A DNA stretch of 64,000 nt, from NCBI RefSeq assembly GCF_042466665.1, contig NZ_CP162102.1, positions 7,595,022 to 7,659,021 on the forward strand. Reading direction: 5' to 3'. A model generated the notes under the pieces. That model saw only the letters and a list, made by a program, of their open reading frames with translations, was not told the origin of the DNA and did not search any database. A program made the translations under genes and the position numbers. Origin of the DNA: Peterkaempfera podocarpi (GTDB lineage Bacteria > Actinomycetota > Actinomycetes > Streptomycetales > Streptomycetaceae). Each line of letters opens with the position of its first letter. The first letter of the stretch is position 1. Of the stretch, positions 1-9,379 are shown piece by piece.

Positions 1-867
1 CCTGACCAGTTCACGGAGTTCGGTCAGCGAGGTGGCGGCGCCGGCCCTCGCCTCCCGCATCAGCTCCCTGGCCCGGTCGGGATCGGTCTCCATCAGCTTC
101 TCCGCGGTCGCCAGCGAGAGTCCGAGCAGGACCAGGCGGGCCTGCGCCCCGTCGTGCAGGTCCCGTTCGATCCGGCGGATCTCGGCGGCCTGGGCGATCG
201 TGGCATCCGCGCGCTGGGCCGTCAGTTCCTCGACCCGCTCCGCCAGCGCCGCCGTGGGCGAGGTGCCCAGAAAGCGGGCGGCCACCGGCTCGATGGGCCG
301 CCAGGCGTACGGCGCACTGCCGGCGGCCACGACCAGTCCGAGCACCCCGAGGGCGTGCAGGGCGATCGAGGAGCGGGCGAACCCGAGGACCGCGACAGTG
401 ATCCCGGCCGGCGGGACGGCGGCGACCACGCCCGCGGTGAACGGGGCGATCGCCGTGAAACGCAGGTCACGCCAGTTGGCCGGATCGGTCCACCGGGTCC
501 GCCACCGTTGGTCCATGAGGGCGTCCCGACGGGTGCGTTCGTAGGAGAAGCCGTTCCACCAGTAGCCGGTGGACATCCGCACCACCGGAGGGGCCTGCCG
601 GTAGCCGCCGGGGATGTCGGTGGCCGTCCACCGTGCGACCAGGCGGCGGACCATCGTGCAGACGGGGCGCGTCAGCGCGAGGGTGCCCACACAGGCCCAC
701 AGGGACACCGGCAGGAACGACCACGGGTTGGCCGACCACCAGAACCCCCACACCACGGCGACCGCCCACACGGCCGGGACCAGCATGCTGACCACCGTCA
801 CCGTGCACGCCCGCACCAACCCCACTCCGGCACTCGCCGACCACGACATCAGCCGTCGCATGACCAT
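1..867 (-). CDS. Sensor histidine kinase of the HisKA_3 type with a membrane N-terminal sensor region; partial, C-terminal catalytic part lies beyond the window start
   Basis: Reverse-strand translation of 1-867 gives MVMRRLMSW...TM helices...RIERDLHDGAQARLVLLGLSLATAEKL...TSLTELRELVR, an H-box typical of LiaS/DesK-type kinases. It is not in the ORF track because no stop occurs inside the window. Confidence 0.6.
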   Translation of the reverse strand, partial: MVMRRLMSWSASAGVGLVRACTVTVVSMLVPAVWAVAVVWGFWWSANPWSFLPVSLWACVGTLALTRPVCTMVRRLVARWTATDIPGGYRQAPPVVRMSTGYWWNGFSYERTRRDALMDQRWRTRWTDPANWRDLRFTAIAPFTAGVVAAVPPAGITVAVLGFARSSIALHALGVLGLVVAAGSAPYAWRPIEPVAARFLGTSPTAALAERVEELTAQRADATIAQAAEIRRIERDLHDGAQARLVLLGLSLATAEKLMETDPDRARELMREARAGAATSLTELRELVR

Positions 868-1094
868 GCCCTCCCGCTTCACCATTCCGGCCGCGGCACC
901 CCTGTGCCGCCACGCAGCCGGATCCCGCCGGTTCCACCTGACGGTTCCACTGTGCGCCGTGGAAAGCCTGGTCCCCGCAGGGTCGGCCGGGAAGTGGGTC
1001 CAGCCCCACCGTGCCGTACGTCCAGCTGCATACCGCGCCGTTCGCGGCCTTCGTAGCGTCGGAAGCACACCGACGACACGAAGGGCCCAACGCC

Positions 1095-1535
1095 ATGAAG
1101 ACCGCCGACCGCACCGTCATCGAGTCCACCCACCGCACCCCTGTGCCCGTCCGACGGGCCTTCGACAGGACCAGGATGCTGGTCGCCGCCTATGGCGCGC
1201 TCAGCACCGCGGTCCTCGTCACGGTCGTCATCCGGGCGATCGCCGGCCAGGAGGTGACCTCGTTCATGTGGGGCCGGTCAGCCGGAGTGCTGGTGAGCGC
1301 GGCGGCGAGCTACTGGCTGACCGGCCTCGCCGCCCGGGGAGCGCGATGGGCCTATGTGCGGGTGCGCATCATCTCGATCGTCATGCCCTTCGTGATCATC
1401 GGGATCGACACGATCCCCGGGCTCCTCCCGGCCTGGTTCATCGTGATGCAGGCCATCTGCGCCGCAGCATTGGCCGCGGCCGCCTTTGTCGTCAACGGAC
1501 CCCGACTGCGTGCCGCCTTCCCCAAGGCACGCTGA
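1095..1535 (+). CDS. Small integral membrane protein (about 4 TM helices), function unknown
   Basis: Internal ATG of ORF 1011..1535; hydrophobic segments AAYGALSTAVLVTVVIRAI, VLVSAAASYWLTGLAA, IISIVMPFVIIGI, FIVMQAICAAALAAAAFVV. Confidence 0.45.
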   Translation: MKTADRTVIESTHRTPVPVRRAFDRTRMLVAAYGALSTAVLVTVVIRAIAGQEVTSFMWGRSAGVLVSAAASYWLTGLAARGARWAYVRVRIISIVMPFVIIGIDTIPGLLPAWFIVMQAICAAALAAAAFVVNGPRLRAAFPKAR

Positions 1536-2656
1536 CCCCCGCCACTCCCGGGGCCGTTGCGCCCCGGCGGCCGGCCCCGGGACTGTCGAGCCGGTGCGCA
1601 GACGACGGGCGGGACGGCTCCGGATGCACCGTCGGCGCCTCCGACCACGACGTGCTTCGGGCCGCCCGAACCGGCGAGGACCGCGACAACTCACCCGGCG
1701 GGAGAGGCCTGCACCGTGGATATGAGCGTCGCGGTCACGGCACAAACCATGGTGAAAGCCGCAGGCGACGGCTGCGGCTGCCGGGGCCGATGCCCGGTTA
1801 TGCGAATTCGGTCCTGCCGGGCGGCCGATCCCCTCGGTGATAAGCGCGGCAGTGTTCGGGCGGCGCAGAAATCGCCGTCGACACCATCAGGCACACGGGC
1901 GGTGTCCCGGACCGCGGCGAGCAGGAGACCGAAAAACAGGAGAGGGCGGCACACCTGGAATGGGCACTGCCGTGAAATGAGCGGATACGAGTGGCGTGCG
2001 GCGGCCGGAAGGGACTCCGGCCGCCGCCGCACCGCCTGGACCGCGTTCCCGGGCCCGGCTGCCGGCCCAGCTCTCCTGACGGTCTGCCGGCTGCTCCGAG
2101 TGGCGGTGCCCGGCCGGTACCCCTCGGGCCGGGTCTCGCCGCGTACATCGCCGAGGGCCCCCGGTGCCGCGAGGGCCAACGCTCCGGCCGGCTCCTGAGC
2201 CGCCGACTCGGTCGGCGGGATGCACCTGGTCACCGCAGGGGGCGGCGCCCGGCCCGTCGCCTCGGTCGGCCCGCGGGCCGGAATCGAGGACTCCGGCGAA
2301 CCACCTCGCCCCGCGCGGCGTCCTGTGTAGGGGGCGGCGGACGCGACGGCTCCCCAGCATTACGGGCAGCGAAGCGGCGTATGCGCAGCAAAGGGCGGTT
2401 GTGCGAACTGTCGGATCAATCCGCAGTAACTCGCCACAATATGCGCACATGAGGGCCCGGCCAGAGCAGGTCAATCGGTGAATGTGTATCACAACTTGGC
2501 CATCGGATCATATGGCGTGAAATTCTCGGGTTTCTGGCGGGCCGTTTCCAGCTGTTCACAGAAGGTCGCAATTCTTTAACAACCCATGGCTTTTGCCGTG
2601 AACGCGCCATCCGGCACTCTGGCGCAATCGCGATCTCACCCCTCAGGGAGCGTCAT

Positions 2657-3856
2657 ATGCGTTTGCGCTCAAGGCTTCTCGGCATGGCCACCGCAGCACT
2701 GGCGGCGATCCCGCTCGCGCTGCTGGGTCCGGCCGTCGGATCCTCCCAGGCCGCAGTGGTCCACCAGGCCACCGCGCACTCCTGCGCCACCGTCAAGCCC
2801 GGGTTCGCCGCCTGCAAGGCCCTGGTCCGCACGGATGTCGTGGCCGTGCAGAAGGCCGCCTCGCCCAACGCCACCCCGTCCGGCTACGGCCCCGCCAGCC
2901 TCCAGTCGGCCTACAACCTGCCCTCCGCCACCGCCGGCGCGGGCCGCACCGTCGCCATCGTCGACGCCTACGACGACCCCACCGCCGAAGCCGACCTGGC
3001 GGTCTACCGCAGCCAGTTCGGCCTCCCCGCCTGCACGACCGCCAACGGCTGCTTCAAGAAGATCGACCAGACCGGCGGCACCACTTACCCGAAGAAGGAC
3101 GGCGGGTGGGCCCAGGAGATCTCGCTCGACATCGACATGGTGTCGGCGATCTGCCCCAACTGCCACATCCTGCTGGTGGAGGCCAAGTCCAGCTCCTTCG
3201 CCAACCTGGGTGCCGCGGTGAACCGCGCGGCCGCGACAGCCGGAGTGGTGGCGATCAGCAACAGCTACGGCGGATCCGACGCCGCGGACTCCACCTACGG
3301 GTCGTACTACAACCACCCGGGTATAGCCGTCACCGCCAGCTCGGGTGACAGCGGCTACGGTGCGAGCTACCCGGCGTCCTCCCACTATGTGACCGCCGTG
3401 GGTGGTACCACGCTCAACACCGCATCCAACTCCCGCGGCTGGACCGAGACCGCCTGGAGCGGCGCGGGCAGCGGCTGCTCCTCCTACAACACCGCCCTCA
3501 CCTCCGCGGCGTCCTTCAGCACCGGGTGCAGCAAGCGCGCCGAGGCCGATGTCTCCGCGGTTGCCAACCCGTCCACCGGCGTCGCCGTCTACGACAGCAC
3601 CGCCTACCAGGGTCTGTCGGGCTGGCTGGTCTTCGGCGGCACCAGTGTCGCCTCCCCCGTCATCGCCTCGGTGTACGGCCTGGCCGGCAACACCGCCTCC
3701 ATCGACAACAACTACCCGTACACCCACTCCTCCTCGCTGTGGGACGTCACCTCCGGCAGCAACGGCAGCTGCCCGACCTCGCAGTGGTGCAACGCCCGAG
3801 TCGGCTGGGACGGCCCCACCGGTCTGGGTACCCCGAACGGCATCGGCGCCTTCTGA
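2657..3856 (+). CDS. Secreted serine peptidase of the S53 (sedolisin) / S8 clan
   Basis: ATG preceded by GGGAG; N-terminal signal peptide MRLRSRLLGMATAALAAIPLALLGPAVGSSQA; motifs TVAIVDAYDDP and SGDSGYGASYPASS...GGTSVASP are typical of the family. Confidence 0.8.
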   Translation: MRLRSRLLGMATAALAAIPLALLGPAVGSSQAAVVHQATAHSCATVKPGFAACKALVRTDVVAVQKAASPNATPSGYGPASLQSAYNLPSATAGAGRTVAIVDAYDDPTAEADLAVYRSQFGLPACTTANGCFKKIDQTGGTTYPKKDGGWAQEISLDIDMVSAICPNCHILLVEAKSSSFANLGAAVNRAAATAGVVAISNSYGGSDAADSTYGSYYNHPGIAVTASSGDSGYGASYPASSHYVTAVGGTTLNTASNSRGWTETAWSGAGSGCSSYNTALTSAASFSTGCSKRAEADVSAVANPSTGVAVYDSTAYQGLSGWLVFGGTSVASPVIASVYGLAGNTASIDNNYPYTHSSSLWDVTSGSNGSCPTSQWCNARVGWDGPTGLGTPNGIGAF

Positions 3857-3886
3857 CGCAACCGGTGCCGCTTCTGATCACATGAG

Positions 3887-3919
3887 CGCCGGGCCGGAGA
3901 CTCAGTCTCCGGCCCGGCG
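3887..3919. terminator. Perfect 16-bp inverted repeat between the convergent peptidase and small secreted protein genes (bidirectional terminator candidate)
   Basis: cgccgggccggagact-c-agtctccggcccggcg read in sequence. Confidence 0.6.
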
Positions 3920-4100
3920 TCCTGGTCTGCCCGGTGATGGGACGTCAGACCGTCCGGTGACGCACTCCACCGGTGTGCCCTGGTTCGTCAGTCCCCAGCC
4001 TCCGGCCGAACCCTGCACGGTGCGTGGCCGGGGCGGGCTTTCCGGCGGGCACGCCTGCGCGGTCAGACCCTCGGTGGCGCGGCAACCGCCACCGGCGACC

Positions 4101-4457
4101 TCACTGGGTCTCGATGTGAGCGTTCATACCGACGCCCGAGCCGGGGACATAGCCATGGCAAACGACTGCCGACACGGTGGCGGCTGTCGCGCTCGCCTGC
4201 ACCCACGGACCGTAGGTCGTCGCCTGGAAGTGCATGACCGGATAGCCGTCGTAGCAGTCCACGACGACCCGGAAGGTGAAGGCTCCCGCTCCCGCGGGAC
4301 ATGTCGCCGAACCTCCGCCGGACGCCTGCCCGGCGGAGGGTGTGACCGTGCAGGAACCCACGTCGGCGCTCGCTGGTCCCGCTTGAACCGTGGTGAAACC
4401 CACTGTGGCGGCGACTGCCGCCAGCAGGCTCGCCGACGCCCTCGCATATCGCTTCAT
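4101..4457 (-). CDS. Small secreted 4-Cys protein (118 aa), unknown function; candidate protease inhibitor
   Basis: Internal ATG of ORF 4101..4862 with AGGGAG upstream; signal peptide MKRYARASASLLAAVAATVGFTTVQAGPASA; mature part has 4 Cys and ends GMNAHIETQ. Confidence 0.5.
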   Translation of the reverse strand: MKRYARASASLLAAVAATVGFTTVQAGPASADVGSCTVTPSAGQASGGGSATCPAGAGAFTFRVVVDCYDGYPVMHFQATTYGPWVQASATAATVSAVVCHGYVPGSGVGMNAHIETQ

Positions 4458-4971
4458 CTGATTCTCCCTGTACCGGTTGACGCCGAGGCGGCCCGAGCCC
4501 GCGCCCACCCTCGTATCGAAGACGAGCGAACACAAGGCCGTGGGACCGTGCCCCGGGTGCGTCGCGTCAGCAGGTCCAGCCCTGGTGCACGGACCTCGGG
4601 AACGCCGGACTCCGCGTCCTGGGGCGGCAAACCGGTCCGGGAGCCGGGCCCAGGTGGAGGCCTGCGGCAGCGGTGCCGGGAGCCTGCGGATGCGGTCGGC
4701 CCCGGGGTGTCCGCACCCCCGGGGCCGACGTCGGCGGCTTGCGCCCCGGGCCGGCCAAGTGACGCCGCAGACACCTGGCTCGCACTCGGGGCGCAAGCCG
4801 CCACCACCCCCGGCTGAGAGCAGGTCGGCCGACACCACCCGATCGCGCCGAACCGCCCTCATCTCCCTGCCGTGGGGAGCTTTGCCGTTCCGCTACGGGA
4901 CTGCCGGGCTGTCCGATCCGTCGTCTGCCCGCCTCCGTCCGGGACCGGTTCCGCAGTGCCGCAAGCAACCT

Positions 4972-5147
4972 GAAAGTTTCGGTGAGTTTGCGAACGGTCT
5001 CGCGGAACCGTAGGACGGTCCTGATGGTGCGTCAAGAGGCTGCGCACGAGCCCGGGAAGCGCCATAACGAGATCAGGCAACAAGTCCGAATTATTTCGAA
5101 CTGAGCCCCAGGTGGCCTGGTCACGAGTTTCGCTGAACTTTCGGAAA
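4972..5147. promoter_or_regulatory. Two GAAA-N-TTTC / TTTC-N-GAAA palindromic boxes in the AT-richer leader upstream of the xylanase gene
   Basis: GAAAGTTTC at about 4972-4980 and TTTCGGAAA at about 5139-5147; similar boxes recur upstream of the GH43 gene at about 54557-54832. Confidence 0.45.
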
Positions 5148-5665
5148 CGAGACTCATTGACTGACCTCTGACACCGCTGCATACTCTCCAGCGATCGGAA
5201 ACCTCCCCGTAATGCAGGCGACTGGTTACGGATCCACCCGTCCCACCTCCGGGCGCGTTCTGGTGTGCGTGTCCGGTGACCGGAAGCTGAGGTTGCGGTG
5301 ATCGTGGATGGCGTGTGTGTCCGTGCCTGGGGTGCTCGTGGTGCGGTCGGGCCGTTGTGGTGGACGTCGTATCGGCGGTCCTGAACTGCGGGTTGTGGTG
5401 CGGGTGCTGTCGTTGTCGGCGGTCCTGCGGTGGGGGTTGTTCCGGTGGGCCTGCTGCGATCAGGCCGTGGGTGTGTGGTTGCCGATCGCACGGCGGCCGG
5501 CCGCCCTTCTCTTCTTGCCCTTGCGGTGCGGTGGCGGGCTGAGTGTCCTGCGTGCCGTGCCGGTCCCTGCGACTGTGGCCCCCTCACCGCGGCCACCTTG
5601 AGCCCGTCGGTCGGCGTCATGCCCTCCGGCGTTCCCACCCGGCTTCACCAGGAGGAAGCGCGTTC

Positions 5666-6685
5666 ATGAACACCCCCCTCACCCGCTCGAGGTTCCGCAT
5701 GCGCGGGCGCCTCAGGTGGATTCTCGCGCTGGTCGCGGCTGTGCTGCTGATCCCGGCCACCGCCCACGCGGACACCACGGTCACCTCGAACCAGACCGGC
5801 AGCAACAACGGGTACTTCTACTCGTTCTGGAGCCAGAACAGTGGTCAGGCCTCGATGACCATGGGTGCCGGCGGCCAGTACAGCACCACGTTCAACAATG
5901 TCGCCAACTTCGTTGCGGGTAAGGGCTGGAGCACCGGCAACCGCAACCCGGTGACCTACTCGGGCACCTGGAGCACCTCCGGCAACGCCTACCTCTCGCT
6001 GTACGGGTGGACCACCAACCCGCTGGTGGAGTACTACATCGTCGACAACTACGGCTCCTACAAGCCCACCGGCACCTACAAGGGCACGGTGACCTCCGAC
6101 GGCGGCACGTACGACATCTACGAGACCCAGCGGGTCAACCAGCCCTCGATCCAGGGCACGGCGACGTTCAACCAGTACTGGAGTGTGCGGCAGTCCAAGC
6201 GGACCGGCGGCACCATCACCGTCGGCAACCACTTCGACGCCTGGGCCAGCCACGGCATGAACCTGGGCTCGATGAACTACGAGATCCTGGCCACCGAGGG
6301 CTACCAGAGCAGCGGCAGCTCCAACATCACCGTCGGCTCCTCCAGCGGCGGCGGCACCACCGGCGGTACCACGGGTGGGACGACCGGGGGCACCACGGGC
6401 GGCACGACGGGCGGCGGCGGGAGTTGCACGGCGACGCTGTCGGCGGGCCAGTCCTGGAGTGACCGGTACAACCTGAATGTCGCGGTGACCGGTTCCAGCA
6501 CCTGGACGGTGACGATGAAGGTTCCGTCGCCGGAGAAGGTGATGTCGACCTGGAACATCAACGCCAGCTACCCCGACGCGCAGACCCTGGTGGCCAAGCC
6601 CAACGGCAGCGGCAACAACTGGGGCGCCACCATCCAGACCAACGGCAGCACCACCTGGCCGACGGTCACCTGCAGCCCCAGCTGA
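5666..6685 (+). CDS. xlnB: Secreted endo-1,4-beta-xylanase, GH11 catalytic domain + Gly/Thr linker + C-terminal CBM2 xylan-binding module
   Basis: GGAGGA RBS; signal peptide; GH11 hallmarks [25 protein letters not shown]; C-terminal [23 protein letters not shown]...TWPTVTCS is a CBM2. Very similar to S. lividans XlnB as I remember that sequence. Confidence 0.9.
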   Translation: MNTPLTRSRFRMRGRLRWILALVAAVLLIPATAHADTTVTSNQTGSNNGYFYSFWSQNSGQASMTMGAGGQYSTTFNNVANFVAGKGWSTGNRNPVTYSGTWSTSGNAYLSLYGWTTNPLVEYYIVDNYGSYKPTGTYKGTVTSDGGTYDIYETQRVNQPSIQGTATFNQYWSVRQSKRTGGTITVGNHFDAWASHGMNLGSMNYEILATEGYQSSGSSNITVGSSSGGGTTGGTTGGTTGGTTGGTTGGGGSCTATLSAGQSWSDRYNLNVAVTGSSTWTVTMKVPSPEKVMSTWNINASYPDAQTLVAKPNGSGNNWGATIQTNGSTTWPTVTCSPS

Positions 6686-6813
6686 CCCACCCCGCACAAC
6701 CAGCACACGTCCGGGGGGTCGGGCTTCCTCGACGGACCCCGACCCCCCGGGATGCTCGCCCGACCGATGCCGTCCACCGCGGTCGCCGCCAGTACAAGGA
6801 GGACCCACCCGGT

Positions 6814-7833
6814 ATGCGAACCAAACCTCTTCTGTCGATACGCTCCCTTGTAGCGGGGCTGGCTGTCGCCGCGATGGCACTGGCCGGGACCCTGACGCTG
6901 AACGCGACTCCGTCGCAGGCCGCCACGTGCAACGGATACGTCGGGATCACCTTCGACGACGGCCCGTCCAACGACCACACCCCGGCTCTGCTGAACGCGC
7001 TCAAGCAGAACGGACTGCGGGCCACACTGTTCAACGAGGGCCAGTACGCCGCCGCGTATCCGGCGCAGGTCCAGGCCGAGGTGAATGCCGGCATGTGGGT
7101 CGGCAACCACAGCTACACCCACCCGCACCTGATCCAGGAGAGCCAGGCGCAGATCGACTCCGAGGTCTCCCGGACCCAGCAGGCCATCTCCAGCGCCGGC
7201 GGCGGCACGCCGAAGCTGTTCCGGCCGCCCTACGGTGAGACCAATGCGACGCTTCAGTCGGTCGAGGCCAAGTACGGCCTGACCCAGGTCATCTGGGATG
7301 TCGACTCGCAGGACTGGAACGGCGCCAGCACGGACGCGATCGTGCAGGCCAACGCCCGGCTCACCAACGGGCAGGTCATCCTGATGCACGAGTGGCCCGC
7401 CAACACCCTCGCGGCCATTCCGCGCATTGCGCAGGGGCTCGCCAGCCGGGGCCTGTGCGCCGGCATGATCTCCCCGCAGACCGGCCGCGCCGTCGCCCCC
7501 GACGGCGGTTCCAGCACCGGCGGCACGACCGCCGGCGGTACCACCGGCGGCACCACGGGCGGCGGCGGGAGTTGCACCGCGACGCTGTCCGCGGGCCAGT
7601 CCTGGAGTGACCGCTACAACCTGAACGTCGCGGTGACCGGCTCCAGCACCTGGACGGTGACGATGAAGGTCCCGTCCCCGGAGAAGGTCATGACGACCTG
7701 GAACATCACCGCCAGCTACCCCGACGCCCAGACTCTGGTCGCCAAGCCCAACGGCAGCGGCAACAACTGGGGCGTGACCATCCAGACCAACGGCAGCACC
7801 ACCTGGCCCACCGTCAGCTGCAGCGCCGGCTGA
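6814..7833 (+). CDS. axeA: Secreted acetylxylan esterase (CE4 polysaccharide deacetylase) with C-terminal CBM2
   Basis: AAGGAGG RBS; signal peptide; CE4 motifs [19 protein letters not shown]; C-terminal CBM2 nearly identical to that of the upstream xylanase. The arrangement matches the S. lividans xlnB-axeA locus. Confidence 0.85.
   Translation: MRTKPLLSIRSLVAGLAVAAMALAGTLTLNATPSQAATCNGYVGITFDDGPSNDHTPALLNALKQNGLRATLFNEGQYAAAYPAQVQAEVNAGMWVGNHSYTHPHLIQESQAQIDSEVSRTQQAISSAGGGTPKLFRPPYGETNATLQSVEAKYGLTQVIWDVDSQDWNGASTDAIVQANARLTNGQVILMHEWPANTLAAIPRIAQGLASRGLCAGMISPQTGRAVAPDGGSSTGGTTAGGTTGGTTGGGGSCTATLSAGQSWSDRYNLNVAVTGSSTWTVTMKVPSPEKVMTTWNITASYPDAQTLVAKPNGSGNNWGVTIQTNGSTTWPTVSCSAG
7558..7833 (+). 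repeat. About 280-bp direct repeat (about 92% identical by eye) encoding the CBM2 module; second copy of 6409..6685
   Basis: Aligned by eye; most differences are synonymous third-position changes. Confidence 0.8.
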
Positions 7834-8247
7834 CCCCCGTCCCACCCGGGGCACGATCCGTGGCGCGGCGGCCACCCCCGCCGCGCCACGCTGCCTCCCC
7901 GACGTACGGCCGGACCGTGGCCGTACCCGGTGGGCCCGTGATGCCGTGGCAAGGCTCTGTCCAGGCCGGACAGGGCCTTGCCGCCATGTCAGGCCCCGGG
8001 TTGCGGGGCTTGCACCGGACCCGGGGCGGACACCCTCGTCGGCCGGCCTCCCCGGCGTTGTTCGGCGCATTGACCGTGCGACGGACCGGCTCGGCGTGAC
8101 GCTGCACCGGCGGTCGGTACGGGGCGTGCCGCATACGGCGGATGCCCGGCGATACGGTGGCGGTGATCCGCGCCGCCCCTCACTGAGGAGGGGGCGGCCG
8201 GGCGGAGCCCTCAGTGGCGCTGCCCGCCACCTCCGAAGGAGCCCACC

Positions 8248-9021
8248 GTGCACCCGTCCATCGCCGACCTGTTCTCCCTCAAGGGCCGCAGGGCCCTGGT
8301 CACCGGGGGCAGTTCCGGCATCGGACTGGCGATCGCCTCGGCACTGTGCCGGGCCGGCGCCGAGGTCGTCCTGGCGGCGCGCCGTGCCGGGCCCCTGGCG
8401 GAGGCGGTGCGGGCACTGAGGGGCGAGGGCGGCACCGCCGACTGGATCGTCGCCGACCTCGGCGACCGCGCCGAGACCCACCGGCTGGCCGACACCCTGG
8501 TGCAGCGGCACGGCGCCCCGGACATCCTGGTGAACTCAGCGGGGGTGAACCTCCGGCCGCCGCTGGAGGAGCTGAGCGAGGCCGACTGGGACCGCACCAT
8601 GCGTACCAACCTCGACGCGCCGTTCACGCTCGGCCAGCGGTTCGGCCCGGGGATGGCCGCCAACGGCTGGGGGCGGATCATCAACATCGCGTCCCAGCAG
8701 GCCGTTCGGGCGTTCGGCAACAGCGGTGCCTACGGAGTGTCCAAGGCGGCGTTGAGCGCACTCACCCGCTCGCAGGCGGAGGCCTGGTCGGCGCGGGGTG
8801 TCTGCGTCAACGCCATCGCCCCGGGATTCGTCCACACCCCGCTCAATGAGGCCGTCTTCCAGGACCCGGTCCGGGTGGAGGCGATGGCGCGTCGCACGAT
8901 GACCGGACGCAACGGCGAGCTGGGCGACTTCACCGGCGTCGCCGTCTTCCTGGCGAGTGAGGCCTCGTCCTATGTGACGGGTCAGACCGTCTTTGTCGAC
9001 GGGGGATTCTCCTCCACCTGA
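8248..9021 (+). CDS. SDR family oxidoreductase (short-chain dehydrogenase)
   Basis: GTG start with GAAGGAG RBS; TGGSSGIGLAIA Rossmann motif, NSAG, Y-x3-K (YGVSKAAL). Confidence 0.8.
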   Translation: MHPSIADLFSLKGRRALVTGGSSGIGLAIASALCRAGAEVVLAARRAGPLAEAVRALRGEGGTADWIVADLGDRAETHRLADTLVQRHGAPDILVNSAGVNLRPPLEELSEADWDRTMRTNLDAPFTLGQRFGPGMAANGWGRIINIASQQAVRAFGNSGAYGVSKAALSALTRSQAEAWSARGVCVNAIAPGFVHTPLNEAVFQDPVRVEAMARRTMTGRNGELGDFTGVAVFLASEASSYVTGQTVFVDGGFSST

Positions 9022-9109
9022 CAGCCGGCGGCCGCGCACCCCGGTCCTCGAACCGGGCGGAGGTGTCCGGCGAGTGCGGTGCGTCCGCGGCCCCGGCCTC
9101 GCAGCGACA

Positions 9110-9148
9110 CAGGATCGGGCGGGTGCCCATGGCACCCGCCCGATCCTG
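9110..9148. terminator. Perfect 18-bp stem hairpin between the convergent SDR and secreted beta-helix protein genes
   Basis: caggatcgggcgggtgcc-cat-ggcacccgcccgatcctg. Confidence 0.6.
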
Positions 9149-9379
9149 CGATGACAGTCCTGCCGCAGTCGATGCGGAGGCTGACGTGCGCCGCTTCCGC
9201 TCCCGCTGCCGACCGGCGGTGGCCCGACGACCGCGACCCGGCTCCGCCCGCACTGACGATCCCTGTCCGCGGCAGCCGGCGCATCGTCGGTCGGATGCTC
9301 CGGCCGGGCGGGCGGATGGCCCTCCGGGCGGCGGGTGTGATCCGGTCAGCGGCCGCGGCAGGTCCGGGTGCCTGGTCGG

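Noticed and set aside
32-544. ORF 32..544 (+) and overlapping ORFs 154..1056, 467..1138, 614..1840
   Set aside because: Their translations are Arg/Pro/Ala-rich nonsense. The reverse strand of 1..867 gives a clean sensor histidine kinase that runs off the window edge and is therefore missing from the ORF track.
1557-2600. Several ORFs (1557..2198, 1691..2233, 1887..2492 and others) in the 1.1-kb gap before the peptidase gene
   Set aside because: All have high-GC spurious composition (R/P/A/G-rich, no domain signatures). The region is more likely the leader and promoter of the peptidase gene.
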